A stretch of DNA of 64,000 nt from the NCBI GenBank assembly GCA_947164865.1, contig CAMUYA010000016.1:1603-65602 (forward strand). The letters run 5' to 3'. Made by a program: the position numbers and the translations under genes. Of the stretch, positions 44,407 through 54,791 are shown in pieces. The stretch comes from an uncultured Lachnospiraceae bacterium. GTDB taxonomy: Bacteria; Bacillota; Clostridia; Lachnospirales; Lachnospiraceae. The first letter of the stretch is position 1. Each line of letters begins with the position of its first letter. The notes under the pieces were generated by a model. That model had not been told where the DNA came from and did no database searches. It worked only from the letters and a program-made list of their open reading frames with translations.

Positions 44407-45888
44407 TTAAACCTTGATGTTTTCTTCCTCCAGGATCTCCTTAATGAGCACTCTCTCATCCATCGGGTACTTGACACCCTTTATCTCCTGATAATCCTCA
44501 TGTCCTTTTCCCGCAAGGACGATAACATCCCCTCTTTTTCCGTTCTTGATGGCATATCTTATGGCTTCCTTGCGGTCGGGGATCTCTATATATTTTCCGT
44601 CCGTTTTGGAAATACCGGTCACTATATCCGCTATGATATCAAGTGGTTCCTCGAACCTGGGATTGTCCGATGTGATGATGGTAAGATCCGCCAGCTTTCC
44701 GCTCACTTCTCCCATCTCAAATCGTCTCGATTTTGCCCTGTTACCTCCGCATCCAAAGAGACAGATAAGCCTGTCCGGATTGTACTCTTTGAGCGCTGTA
44801 AGCAGGCTCTCAAGGGCCATTGCGTTGTGTGCATAATCGATAAGGAGGGTGAACTCATCCGACACTTTTACCTTCTCGATCCTGCCCTTTACGTGTGCGG
44901 AAAGGAGCGCTGTTTCTATATCATCTTCCGATGCCCCGAAATGTCTGCAGATAGCCGCGGCGCAGAGAGCATTGTACACGCTGAACCTGCCGGGTGAAGG
45001 AACCTTTGCATCGAGGGTAAGCAGCCCTTTTGTCTTGAAGCTTACTCCCAGATGACCGGGTTCTTTGTCAAGGCTGATATCTATCGCCCTAAGGTCACTT
45101 TTTTCATTAAGCCCGTATGTCTCAAGCTCACAGGTATGCCCTTTCAGGACTCTCTCAAAGAATTCGTCATCTCCGTTTGCGATACCCACCCTGCACTGCT
45201 TGAAGAGCATGGATTTGCACTCGAGATATTCATCAAAATCCTTATGCTCATTCGCACCTATATGATCGGGCGAAAGGTTGGTAAACACGCCTATATCAAA
45301 TATAAATCCTGCGCTTCTGTGCTGCATAAGAGCCTGACTTGATACCTCCATCACCACAGTATCAAGCCCTGCATCCGCCATCTTTTTGAAATATCCCTGA
45401 AGTTCATAAGATTCCGGAGTGGTATTCTTGGCAGGGATATGCTCGTCCCCTATAACGACCTCTATAGTGCCGATAAGGCCCACCTTCTTGCCCATATGTT
45501 CAAGGGCCGACTTTACCAGATAAGTGGTGGTGGTTTTCCCTTTTGTTCCGGTGATGCCTACTGTTTTGATCCTTTCGGCGGGGTGATCAAACCACGCTGC
45601 GGACATAAGTGCCAGTGCATATCTGGTATCCTTGGTAACTATACATACACATCCTGTTCCCTCAAGCCCCTCTATCTTTCTCTCGGCCACGATCGCTGCC
45701 GCTCCGGCCTCTGCTGCCGAAAGCGCCGCATCATGACCGTCAAAGTTGGCTCCTTTTATGCATACGAAAGCACTTCCTTTTTCGACCTTTCGGGAATCAT
45801 ACACAAGGGATGAGATTTCCCTGTCATATTCGCCCTTTGCATTTTCGATTTCAAGTCCTTTAAGCAGATCGCTTAGCTTTTTTGACAT
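44407..45888 (-). CDS. murE: UDP-N-acetylmuramyl-tripeptide ligase
   Basis: GITGTKGKTTT, NTTPES, MEVSSQ, TNLSPDH, DYAHN, FGCGGNR, SDNPR, AGKGHEDYQ. Confidence 0.97.
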   Translation of the reverse strand: MSKKLSDLLKGLEIENAKGEYDREISSLVYDSRKVEKGSAFVCIKGANFDGHDAALSAAEAGAAAIVAERKIEGLEGTGCVCIVTKDTRYALALMSAAWFDHPAERIKTVGITGTKGKTTTTYLVKSALEHMGKKVGLIGTIEVVIGDEHIPAKNTTPESYELQGYFKKMADAGLDTVVMEVSSQALMQHRSAGFIFDIGVFTNLSPDHIGANEHKDFDEYLECKSMLFKQCRVGIANGDDEFFERVLKGHTCELETYGLNEKSDLRAIDISLDKEPGHLGVSFKTKGLLTLDAKVPSPGRFSVYNALCAAAICRHFGASEDDIETALLSAHVKGRIEKVKVSDEFTLLIDYAHNAMALESLLTALKEYNPDRLICLFGCGGNRAKSRRFEMGEVSGKLADLTIITSDNPRFEEPLDIIADIVTGISKTDGKYIEIPDRKEAIRYAIKNGKRGDVIVLAGKGHEDYQEIKGVKYPMDERVLIKEILEEENIKV

Positions 45889-45916
45889 TTTTACATCACC
45901 TCATCAAAATAATGAA

Positions 45917-45953
45917 GCAGCTATCATTCGAATAAGACCCGAACAATAACTGC
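45917..45953 (-). terminator. Stem-loop (probable terminator) between the response regulator and murE
   Basis: Minus strand GCAGUUAUUGUUCG-9 nt-CGAAUGAUAGCUGC, 14 bp with three G-U pairs, followed by a U-rich run. Confidence 0.5.
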
Positions 45954-45977
45954 CTCTGTAGGTTCTTGCCTTTATGT

Positions 45978-46736
45978 TTATCCAAGCACCTTTTTCTTTT
46001 CGAAGAATTCATCGATAGCCTGAACAAATGCATCGGAAGACATGGATTTTAACAAATACCCTTCCGGCTTAAGTCCCATAACATCCATTATAGTGTTCCT
46101 GTCGTTCCTTCCCGTGAGGAAGATAACCGGAACTCCCATGAAATCCTGCTCTGTACGGACGATCTCAAGGACCTGCTTCCCGTTGATGACAGGCATTTCA
46201 TAATCAAGAAGCACAAGGTCGGGCTTGTCGAGGCTCAGATACTTAACCGCCATCGCCCCGGAATTAGCCAGAATAACCTGATACTTTTCTCCAAGGAGAT
46301 TCTTAACGTTCCTGAGCATAACTCCGGAATCGTCCACAACAAGGATCTTCTTCTTGATCACATTACTCTTCTCGTCGAGAAACTCATTGACTCTTGCCGC
46401 AATATCCTTTACATCAAAAGGTCTGAATATCTCTTCTTCTATGGCAGCCTCGGTGATAATGCCGCGGATACCCTCGATATCGATGGGATAACCAAGTAAA
46501 AAAATGGGTATGTCTTTTTCTATTGCTATATCTCTGAGATAAACCAGTGCCTGAGATTTGTCGCTCATGCTGGATTCCACGATGATAAGGCATATATCGG
46601 GAGATTCCTGAACAGCGGCGATCTCTCTCATATCCGGCTCTATCTCGATGATCTTGTGATCATAGCTCTGTATATATTCAATTAATGAAGTGGTCAGATA
46701 CTTTCGTCCTTCCCTGATGATCAGAACGTTTGCCAT
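45978..46736 (-). CDS. Response regulator with two receiver-like domains and no output domain
   Basis: C-terminal canonical REC (ILVVDDS, LVLLDYEMP, FLTG, YLLK); N-terminal half is a degenerate REC. Confidence 0.82.
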   Translation of the reverse strand: MANVLIIREGRKYLTTSLIEYIQSYDHKIIEIEPDMREIAAVQESPDICLIIVESSMSDKSQALVYLRDIAIEKDIPIFLLGYPIDIEGIRGIITEAAIEEEIFRPFDVKDIAARVNEFLDEKSNVIKKKILVVDDSGVMLRNVKNLLGEKYQVILANSGAMAVKYLSLDKPDLVLLDYEMPVINGKQVLEIVRTEQDFMGVPVIFLTGRNDRNTIMDVMGLKPEGYLLKSMSSDAFVQAIDEFFEKKKVLG

Positions 46737-46817
46737 ATTCCCTCCGGGAAAGTATATTCACGATATAATAAATCAAGGTTATTGTATCATTTTCAGATGG
46801 CATTAGTCAAGATTGCA

Positions 46818-47591
46818 TTAAAGCTCCCTGACATCGCTGAAATTCCACGATTTTATGTTTATCTCCACTATCGGAGTGCCGCAATAAGTGCATTTCTTGG
46901 CACCGAGCATCTTGAGAGGTGCTCCGCAATTGGGACAGCTCACCCCCATCCCGGCCTGATAATTGTCGGGAGAGGCATCCCTGTCCTGCACATATATCAT
47001 ATCCACATCATACTTGGACTGGGTCTTGATTTCTTTGCTGCCCTTAACGATCTGTCCGTCCCTGTCGGTTTGGTAGTATAAATACTCTATAGCCGACTGA
47101 AATGTAATGATACATCTTCCGGCTTTTTTGCTGTACTGGTTTATCTCGGTCCGGTGTATCTTGATATCCTCGTATGTTTCCCTGCACTCACGGTTTTTAA
47201 GATCCCTGATACGGTTTTCAAGCTTGTTTTCAAGCTCGTCGTAGCCTTCCGTGAGAAGCTCCGGATCCAGTTCACTCACAGCCTGCAGAAAAGAGATCAG
47301 AACCGACTGAGCTCTGGCCTTTGCCTCCTCATAGTCAAGATCGGGAAAATCCCTGTTTATGGCAGGCAAAAGAAGTGTGGTCTGTCCGGATACCGACTTG
47401 GGAGGCTGCTCTAATATATCACCCTTGGTGATACCCGAGTCTGATACCGCTTTTGCGATATCTGCCACATCGGATATCACCCCGGTAATGTCTTTTGCGG
47501 CTCCCGCGATCTTTCTTATCACAGTGATCACCACCAATGCAATTATAATGACTACTATCACACCGATAACCGGCGGAATCATATTAAACAT
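46818..47591 (-). CDS. Membrane-anchored Tim44/NTF2-like domain protein with a C-terminal Zn ribbon
   Basis: N-terminal TM helix; DFPDLDYEEAK region; CPNCGAP...KCTYCG. Confidence 0.6.
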   Translation of the reverse strand: MFNMIPPVIGVIVVIIIALVVITVIRKIAGAAKDITGVISDVADIAKAVSDSGITKGDILEQPPKSVSGQTTLLLPAINRDFPDLDYEEAKARAQSVLISFLQAVSELDPELLTEGYDELENKLENRIRDLKNRECRETYEDIKIHRTEINQYSKKAGRCIITFQSAIEYLYYQTDRDGQIVKGSKEIKTQSKYDVDMIYVQDRDASPDNYQAGMGVSCPNCGAPLKMLGAKKCTYCGTPIVEINIKSWNFSDVREL

Positions 47592-47623
47592 AGATCGTTA
47601 AATCCTTTCAGGAAACCGTCGTA

Positions 47624-48139
47624 TCAATATAACTCCTGTAATATCTCACCGAATACATCCGATGAAGCTCCCAATGAGCTGAGACCTGCCGCAGTCCCTA
47701 TAGCGGCACATACGATAATGCCGATAGTTATGCTCAGGCCGATTCCCACTGCACTGAGGATAATTCCGGGAACCGAAAGCTTTTTGCCTGTTTCGATTTT
47801 TTTGGTGATAATTGTAGCCTCCTCATGAACCTTTTTGTGAAGTATATTAACAGCAACTCCCGTTCCGATTCCGAAAAGACCAAAAATAATGGCGTAGATG
47901 ATTCCGTAAATGGGAATCCATCCGCAGGTAATGGTTGTAATTCCCTGAACAAGTGATGATATACCCAATACAAGGCCGGTGATCTCCTTTCCGGGGCATT
48001 TGGTTCCTGCGGGCTGCACTGATGCGGGATTGTAACTGTAAGCCTGAGCGGGCTGAACCTGCTGCTGGTATACAGGCTGCTGATAAACCTGCTGAGACTG
48101 CTGGGGTGTGTTGCTTTGGTAGATTGAATTGTTGTCCAT
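47624..48139 (-). CDS. Small membrane protein with a Gln/Pro-rich N-terminus (DUF4190-like)
   Basis: QQVYQQP low complexity, then GLVLGISSL and further hydrophobic helices; RBS AAGGAG. Confidence 0.65.
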   Translation of the reverse strand: MDNNSIYQSNTPQQSQQVYQQPVYQQQVQPAQAYSYNPASVQPAGTKCPGKEITGLVLGISSLVQGITTITCGWIPIYGIIYAIIFGLFGIGTGVAVNILHKKVHEEATIITKKIETGKKLSVPGIILSAVGIGLSITIGIIVCAAIGTAAGLSSLGASSDVFGEILQELY

Positions 48140-48186
48140 ACTGATCTCCTTTTGATATCATATATATAATCATTACACTAATATAG

Positions 48187-50541
48187 TTATACACCGACTA
48201 TATATTTTTTCAAGATGCTTTCAAGTTCCTTGGGATTTACCGGCTTGGAAAGATAATCCGAAAAGCCGTTCTCAAGGTACATCTCCTTCATACCCTCGAT
48301 GGCATTGGCTGTGAGTGCAACGACAGGGCAGTTCTGGAGTTCCTTTTTCCTGATCTCTGAAAGTGTCACGATACCATCCATATCGGGCATAAAATGATCC
48401 ATAAGTATCACGTCGAATTTCTCCCGTTTGCACAGCTCTATGGCATCTTTCCCGCTGTATGCGGTAAACACCTTTATCTCGGTCTTTTTGAGAAGTCCCT
48501 TTATGACGTTGGCATTCATCACCACATCGTCCACCACCAGCACTTTTGCATCGGGTGCCCTGAATGACTCTTTATAATCAGGGATGACTTTCTCCGCTTT
48601 GGTGAGCAGCTCATTTATCTCTCCGAGCTTTTCGCTCCCCACAGCCCTCTGAGGAATCAAAGCCGTAAAGGTGGAGCCCTTGCCGTAGATGCTGAAAACC
48701 TCTATTCTTCCATGCATCAGTTCGGCGATCCTGTGAGTGATGGCAAGGCCGAGACCGCTTCCTTCAATATTTCTGTTCCTTCCCAGATCAAACCTTCTGA
48801 AATTCTCAAAAAGCTTTTCCCTGTCCTCGTTTTTAATTCCGATACCGGTGTCGGATACCGAGAATTTCATGAGTATTTCATCCATCGATCCGGCATTGTT
48901 GCTCTTACCGAAAGATATCTCAAATCTGATACTTCCCGAATCGGTGTATTTCACGGCATTCGTGAGCAGATTGAGGATGATCTGACGCACTCTCTTATCA
49001 TCACCGTAGAGGGACGAGGGACAGTTCTTCCACGCATTTATCCTGAACTCAAGTCCCTTCTTTTCCGCTCTTCCCCGAATGACATTGTCTATATCCCGTA
49101 TCATCTCAAGAAGAGAATACTCTCTGCAGACAATCTCCATCTTTCCGGATTCGACTTTGGTAAAATCAAGTATATCATTTACTATACCGATGAGGTTCTC
49201 ACCGGCGCGCTTGATGTCGGAAGCGTAATTCCTGATCCTGTCCTCCGAGCTTTCGCGGATGATCATCTCGTTCATTCCCATAATGGCATTTATGGGAGTG
49301 CGGATCTCGTGTGACATATTGGCAAGGAAATCCGATTTCGCACTGCTCTCCACTATCGCCTTCTGCTTGTCGTTGTAAAGCTTTGCCACCAGCTTGATGC
49401 TGTCTATCATCGCTGCTGTGATCAGGAAAAAGGCTCCTATGTTGAGGAAGAAGCTTGTTACATCATAGAAATGCAGAAGCTGCGACAGTACCTCAAACAC
49501 TGCCATAATGTGGGTAAGGATCAGACCCACCGCGGGGATCATGATCTCTTTCAGCAGGCCTTTCCGCAAATCCAGAAAGAAAGTGATAAAGATCACTATC
49601 ATGGAAATGCCGAAGATAATATAGCTTCTTGTTATGGATTCAAAAAGATCCTGTATGTTCAGTACCTGAAGGATTATACTCAGGGCCACATTGGCGAACA
49701 CAAGAATTATGACGCCCCTGTAGATATTCCTGTATCTTTCCTTCTGAACAGAATCGATATAGAGCACCAGAGCTGCAGGCATTACCGATACCAAAAGGTA
49801 TGATACCGCTCCCGCAACCGACATGTTGGGGAAGAAAAACTGCCTGAGCTTCGATTCGACTATTGCCTGCACCGCAGCGATGATCGCAGCCCACGACGCA
49901 TACTTAAGAGGAAACAGCAGACCGTATTTGTACTGAAGGAACATACCGATGACGACTGTCAGTATTCCCAGTGCAAGCAGAAGCACCGCTGTTATAAGCG
50001 CAAACCCATACTGTCTGATAAGACATCTTAGGATACCTGTATAGGTTCCGATGTGCACATTATTGAAAGTTCCGCTGTATTCGTTGGGGCTCATCAGAAA
50101 GACAGTCATTGTCTTTCCGCTGTCGCTCTCCCTGAGGTCAACAAAAACATTCGTTGACAGACTGGCTTTTCCGAAGGGCCTTGTCCTCTTGGTGGAATAG
50201 CTCTCACGCATTTCCCCGTCTATCATGACTCTCATATCCTGCTGCGAGCTTCTCAGATACAGCATCTGCTCCGAATCCGGGATCTGCGGGAGTACACACT
50301 CAACCTCCATCCATTCACCTCTGGGGAAATTCACCTTGGTGGGTGGAGTGATAAGGGTTTTCTCCCCGTCTTCGCCCACAAGATACCAGTCGGCTTTAAG
50401 GATCTCGCAGTTACTGTCAAGCCCTCTGGCTTCCCTCGGAAGCGCTATCTCGCCGTTTATCAGAAAGCAGATGACGACCACCACAAAAACCACCAGTATA
50501 GTGGTATATACTCTTATCTCTTTTGAAAATCTCTCTCTCAT
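48187..50541 (-). CDS. Hybrid sensor histidine kinase / response regulator with a multi-TM sensor
   Basis: FLANMSHEIRTPIN, NLLTNAVKYT, DTGIG, GSGLGL, C-terminal REC (VVDD, MDHFMP, LSKP); start probably MRERF at 50541. Confidence 0.92.
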   Translation of the reverse strand: MRERFSKEIRVYTTILVVFVVVVICFLINGEIALPREARGLDSNCEILKADWYLVGEDGEKTLITPPTKVNFPRGEWMEVECVLPQIPDSEQMLYLRSSQQDMRVMIDGEMRESYSTKRTRPFGKASLSTNVFVDLRESDSGKTMTVFLMSPNEYSGTFNNVHIGTYTGILRCLIRQYGFALITAVLLLALGILTVVIGMFLQYKYGLLFPLKYASWAAIIAAVQAIVESKLRQFFFPNMSVAGAVSYLLVSVMPAALVLYIDSVQKERYRNIYRGVIILVFANVALSIILQVLNIQDLFESITRSYIIFGISMIVIFITFFLDLRKGLLKEIMIPAVGLILTHIMAVFEVLSQLLHFYDVTSFFLNIGAFFLITAAMIDSIKLVAKLYNDKQKAIVESSAKSDFLANMSHEIRTPINAIMGMNEMIIRESSEDRIRNYASDIKRAGENLIGIVNDILDFTKVESGKMEIVCREYSLLEMIRDIDNVIRGRAEKKGLEFRINAWKNCPSSLYGDDKRVRQIILNLLTNAVKYTDSGSIRFEISFGKSNNAGSMDEILMKFSVSDTGIGIKNEDREKLFENFRRFDLGRNRNIEGSGLGLAITHRIAELMHGRIEVFSIYGKGSTFTALIPQRAVGSEKLGEINELLTKAEKVIPDYKESFRAPDAKVLVVDDVVMNANVIKGLLKKTEIKVFTAYSGKDAIELCKREKFDVILMDHFMPDMDGIVTLSEIRKKELQNCPVVALTANAIEGMKEMYLENGFSDYLSKPVNPKELESILKKYIVGV

Positions 50542-50555
50542 AACTCCGGCCGAAA

Positions 50556-52454
50556 CTACCAATCAATCTTTACAAAACGCACTGCTCCTGCTGCCACCGG
50601 AACATCGATCGCAAATTCAAGAGGTTCTGGAATGATAGTGGCACTGTCAAGACGCCATGCCGGCTTGGGAAGCGGCTTTACATCCATGTATTGCTGGCCG
50701 GATTCTATATCGGTCACGCCCTGCGGCTTGCGGGTTGTTTCGTCGGTGGCAGTCCTTGCGCCCATGGATGTGATATCTCCCGGCTGCATATCCATCTGAT
50801 CGCCGTACCACTGTTTTTCGTCATCTCCGTACATATCTCCCCTGACGATCAGCCTTATATTCTGGTTTCTGTCCCCATAGTTCATAAGGGCGTAAATACC
50901 GTTGTCATATTCAAAGAGACTGAACTTTCCGCTTCCGCGGTCCCCGTTATCGGTATTGCATACTGTTTCATCCGGGCCCGCATACACGGGAAGCCCCTGG
51001 GTGATATGCTTTGCTATATTCTCTCTCACTGCTGCGGGCAGCTTGTAAAGATCGGCAAAATTCTCGGGAATGTTGAGTATAAAGAGCCTTCCCTTTCCGT
51101 ACTGATCCTCGGTAAGAACGGGATAATTATCCTCTCCGGCCTGTACGAAAATATCGGCCCAGGTTGCATTTGTCTTGTAATTCAACGCTTCGAATCCTAT
51201 CCTGCCGGAAGCGGAGGCTGTCTTCATCACATTGAAATTGCGGTTTCCTATCACAAATTCCGCGCCCTCTATATGTCTTCCCGTAAGCCTTACGGAGGTC
51301 AGATCCTCGATGCCTTTACCCGCTAATCCCTTGAAGAAGCCGGTAGTTATTACGGCATTTCCTCCGGCCCTTACATAGCTCTCCAGCTTTTCCGACACAT
51401 CTTCGCAGTAAAGAGCATTGGCCGCAAGAAACATAACCGGTGCATCTTTTTCGAATTCTCTGACCGGTTCAACAGGTATTCCGCACATACCAAGATAGTT
51501 GTAAAGCTGATCCTCACCTTCTCCGTCATAGGGCTCGAAAGCCTTTACGCCGACAGGTGTCCCCACTTTACCCATAAGTGCATCCGTTCTCGTGAGCGAT
51601 GCACCCAGGAAGGAAAGCAGCGGATTGTTTATCAGCCATTCGTAGTTAAAGAGCATAAGCTCCTTTGCTCCCGCAAAGAGCGTAAGATTTGCCTGATTGA
51701 TCCATACACTCGCATTGTCGGCAGATCCGCCCGGATCGATCCATCCGCCGCCGTTTCTGCCCGGCGCCGTGTTTTCGAGCAGTCTTATATTGGAATAAGA
51801 CATATAGCTCTGAAGATGCTGCTGAGACCAGATGGGGGATCTGCTCTCCGTTCCTGTGAATATGCCGTCAAATATATCCTTCTGTGTGCCGGGTGTGTAA
51901 CCGTTCTCGGCAAAGCTCTCGTACCAGTTGGGATATTTGATCACAAATTTAAGCTTCGGATTAATGCTGTGAGAAAGGGATACGATCTCTTTGGAAAACT
52001 CTGTCATAAGCTCGGTGCGGTACTCGGCCCATGTTCTTTTTCCCTTGGCCTGTATACACTTTTCACACCTGCATGATGTAAAGAAATAATCGTCAAGGAT
52101 TATCTCATCAAACACTTCGGAAAGGTCTCTTACTATCTGCAGATACCTGTCCCTGTGGGATTTGTCCGTATAACAGAAAACATCCATCACGGTGGGCTTT
52201 CTCTCCCCTTCAAAAACCGTTGAAGTAATTCCCCCGGCAGTGATGATCCCCTTTTCTTCAAATACCTTTTTGGCTATCCTTAGCTGTTCCTTAGAGACAT
52301 CCGATCTGCCCCTGTGATTCTCTATGTAAACCTTTCCGATAGGAGCCTTCTCAAGCGCCGTCTCCAGGTCTTTTCTCATCTTGTCCTCGTCAGCACGGTT
52401 CAGATAGTACGCCCATACATATGCCGAAACCGTAAAGTTGTCATACCCTTTCAT
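50556..52454 (-). CDS. Uncharacterised glycoside-hydrolase-like protein (GH42-like TIM barrel plus trimerisation-like domain)
   Basis: Soluble 632 aa; ILDDYFFTSCRCEKC resembles the CxCxxC zinc site of GH42; TIM-barrel periodicity judged by eye. Confidence 0.45.
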   Translation of the reverse strand: MKGYDNFTVSAYVWAYYLNRADEDKMRKDLETALEKAPIGKVYIENHRGRSDVSKEQLRIAKKVFEEKGIITAGGITSTVFEGERKPTVMDVFCYTDKSHRDRYLQIVRDLSEVFDEIILDDYFFTSCRCEKCIQAKGKRTWAEYRTELMTEFSKEIVSLSHSINPKLKFVIKYPNWYESFAENGYTPGTQKDIFDGIFTGTESRSPIWSQQHLQSYMSYSNIRLLENTAPGRNGGGWIDPGGSADNASVWINQANLTLFAGAKELMLFNYEWLINNPLLSFLGASLTRTDALMGKVGTPVGVKAFEPYDGEGEDQLYNYLGMCGIPVEPVREFEKDAPVMFLAANALYCEDVSEKLESYVRAGGNAVITTGFFKGLAGKGIEDLTSVRLTGRHIEGAEFVIGNRNFNVMKTASASGRIGFEALNYKTNATWADIFVQAGEDNYPVLTEDQYGKGRLFILNIPENFADLYKLPAAVRENIAKHITQGLPVYAGPDETVCNTDNGDRGSGKFSLFEYDNGIYALMNYGDRNQNIRLIVRGDMYGDDEKQWYGDQMDMQPGDITSMGARTATDETTRKPQGVTDIESGQQYMDVKPLPKPAWRLDSATIIPEPLEFAIDVPVAAGAVRFVKIDW

Positions 52455-52512
52455 GGTTAACCTCCACCTTGTCTGTGCCTTTTTATTATGCTCTGTGGTG
52501 CTTTGTTTCCCT

Positions 52513-53877
52513 TTAAGTTGTGTTTTGACCTTCTAACCCCTTAAGCCCGAAGTCTTTTTTGCTTCGTGCAAAATAATATATCATGTTAAGTGCCGCGGCC
52601 GCGATCCACGCCATCGGTGTAGCCACCGAGATTCCCACAAACCCGAATATCCGGCTCACCACCACCGCTGCGGTTATCCTCATGGACAGCTCAAGCACAC
52701 CTCCGAGCATCGGGATGCGTGTCTCGCCGATACCCTGCACCGCCGCGCGGAATATGAAGAGCACTGCTGCGCTCCACAAAAAACAGGATTCAATGGTCAT
52801 GTAGATTCCCGAAAGCCTAAGCACTTCCAGCTCTTCTTTTCCGACAAAAATCGAAACAAGCGCTTTACAGCTCACGATCAGCACTGCTCCCATGACAACG
52901 CTGAATATTCCCTCGGCTATAAGAGAAACCTTGACTCCCTCCCTTATCCTTTCCTTCTTCCCGGCGCCAAAATTCTGAGCCGTAAAAGTAACCAGTGCCG
53001 TCGCTATCGCAAACATGGGAGACACGGTGAATGTATCGATCTTGCTGCAGGCGGTATAAGCCGCTATCGCATCCGGTCCCATGCCGTTTAATGCACTTTG
53101 GAAAAACATCACACCTATACCTGTGATGGAATTCTGTACCGATATCGGGAGACCTGTTTTCACATGGTCCCACAAGAAACGTCCCTCTATCCTGAAATCG
53201 GAGCGTTTTAACCTAAAAAGTTCATACCTTTTCATACTGTAGATAAGACATGTTACCCCTGAAAGCGTCTGAGAAAGAATCGTGGCATAAGCCGCTCCCG
53301 CGACGCCCAGGCCAAAAACCAGTATGAATAAAAAGTCCAGCCCGATATTGATAACCGAAGCGATCATCAAAAATACAAGAGGAGTTGTGCTGTCCCCTAT
53401 GGCCCTTAACAGGCTGGATACCATGTTATAGAGCAGTATGCCGGCAAATCCGCCTATGCAGATAAGCTGATAAACATAGGCATCATCATAAAGCTCCTGA
53501 GGTATCTGAAGGACAACAAACAGTCCTCTTAAGAATAAAAGTCCCAGCCCTGTGCACAAAAGAGCCATAGCCGCCCCGATGATGTATACCATCGCCACGG
53601 ACCGCTTTGCCTTTTCCCTGTCACCCGCTCCGATGAACTGTGCGGTAAGTATGGTCACTCCGCTCGAGAGTCCGGACATCAGGCTGAAAATAACGAAATG
53701 AATGCTGTTGGTCGAGCCTACCGCAGCCAGAGCGTCAGCTCCCAGTGTGCGGCCCACTATCACAGTATCCGCGGCTGAATACACCTGTTGAAAGATGTTT
53801 CCAACAAGCACAGGCAACATAAATAGCAGTATTTTTTGTAAAGGATTGCCTACCGTCAGATCTGTTTTGTCTTTCAC
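52513..53877 (-). CDS. MATE family efflux transporter
   Basis: GNPLQKILLF, GNIFQQVYSAADTVIVG, ALAAVG, LRAIGDSTTP, QNFGA. GTG start 1 nt after the GNAT stop; the track start overlaps the GNAT gene. Confidence 0.93.
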   Translation of the reverse strand: MKDKTDLTVGNPLQKILLFMLPVLVGNIFQQVYSAADTVIVGRTLGADALAAVGSTNSIHFVIFSLMSGLSSGVTILTAQFIGAGDREKAKRSVAMVYIIGAAMALLCTGLGLLFLRGLFVVLQIPQELYDDAYVYQLICIGGFAGILLYNMVSSLLRAIGDSTTPLVFLMIASVINIGLDFLFILVFGLGVAGAAYATILSQTLSGVTCLIYSMKRYELFRLKRSDFRIEGRFLWDHVKTGLPISVQNSITGIGVMFFQSALNGMGPDAIAAYTACSKIDTFTVSPMFAIATALVTFTAQNFGAGKKERIREGVKVSLIAEGIFSVVMGAVLIVSCKALVSIFVGKEELEVLRLSGIYMTIESCFLWSAAVLFIFRAAVQGIGETRIPMLGGVLELSMRITAAVVVSRIFGFVGISVATPMAWIAAAALNMIYYFARSKKDFGLKGLEGQNTT

Positions 53878-53878
53878 G

Positions 53879-54733
53879 CTACAGCGCTTCCTCCAGTGTC
53901 CAGTTGAGATAAAGAGTCGCGTTCCATACTTTCTCGGAAGAAACGGCCTTTTCGCCCAATAACTTTTCAACTATTTTTTTAGAGCTTGCGTTGATATAGG
54001 GAACGGTGATCATCTTGTAATCGCCGTATTCCTCTATGCCCTTGTCCACAGCATATTTGAGCATGTACATGAGCTCTGCACCGTTCTCGGTCGTCTCGGC
54101 CCACGCAACCACAAGATGATCATCCTCCTCACCGATGATAAGGCATGCCGGAGAATTATCATTCCTGTCGCTTTTGACAACGCAGCTGAGCTTTTCGTTC
54201 AAAAGTCCGCTGTCTGTAAAATGTCTTAAGTGGGGATGTTTCCCCAATATTGAATTCTTCACGCTGCTTAAGCTCTCGGAAAGCGATACCACATTCTCGG
54301 TCGATATTCCCGACACAAACTTCGATGAAGCAATATCTCCGAGTGAGAATGTGTATGATCCGTGTTCTTCATCTTCCACAAGTTCAAATTCCAGATACTG
54401 GATAAATGCCCTCAGATCGGCACCTTCTTTCTCGTTTTCAACAAATGAAAAAACCAGCCTGTATATGTTATCGACAGAAAAAAGCATTGTGAGCGTCTGA
54501 CTCATAAGCTCAGTTCCGTATCCCTTTCTGCGGTGTTCGGGTTTTACGAAAAGGGAAATGATCTCTGCTTCACCGTCCACACCGGGGTCGGCAACTATGG
54601 CTCCTACCGGTTCATCGTCTTTCTTCAGACCGATTGCCACACTGTCACCCGTTCTCAGAGCCACTATCCCCTCCCAGGTGATAAGCTCATAAAAGCTTTC
54701 TTTCTGTTCTACATTAAGATCTATCAGCTCCAT
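53879..54733 (-). CDS. Tandem GNAT-fold protein, paralogue of 20062-20895
   Basis: EIISLFVKPEHRRKGYGTELM is motif A; 284 aa; RBS GAGG. Confidence 0.75.
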   Translation of the reverse strand: MELIDLNVEQKESFYELITWEGIVALRTGDSVAIGLKKDDEPVGAIVADPGVDGEAEIISLFVKPEHRRKGYGTELMSQTLTMLFSVDNIYRLVFSFVENEKEGADLRAFIQYLEFELVEDEEHGSYTFSLGDIASSKFVSGISTENVVSLSESLSSVKNSILGKHPHLRHFTDSGLLNEKLSCVVKSDRNDNSPACLIIGEEDDHLVVAWAETTENGAELMYMLKYAVDKGIEEYGDYKMITVPYINASSKKIVEKLLGEKAVSSEKVWNATLYLNWTLEEAL

Positions 54734-54791
54734 ATATTATCCTCGCAATTTGCATCTGTTTGCCATGACAGTAACATTATGAAACAGCTCA

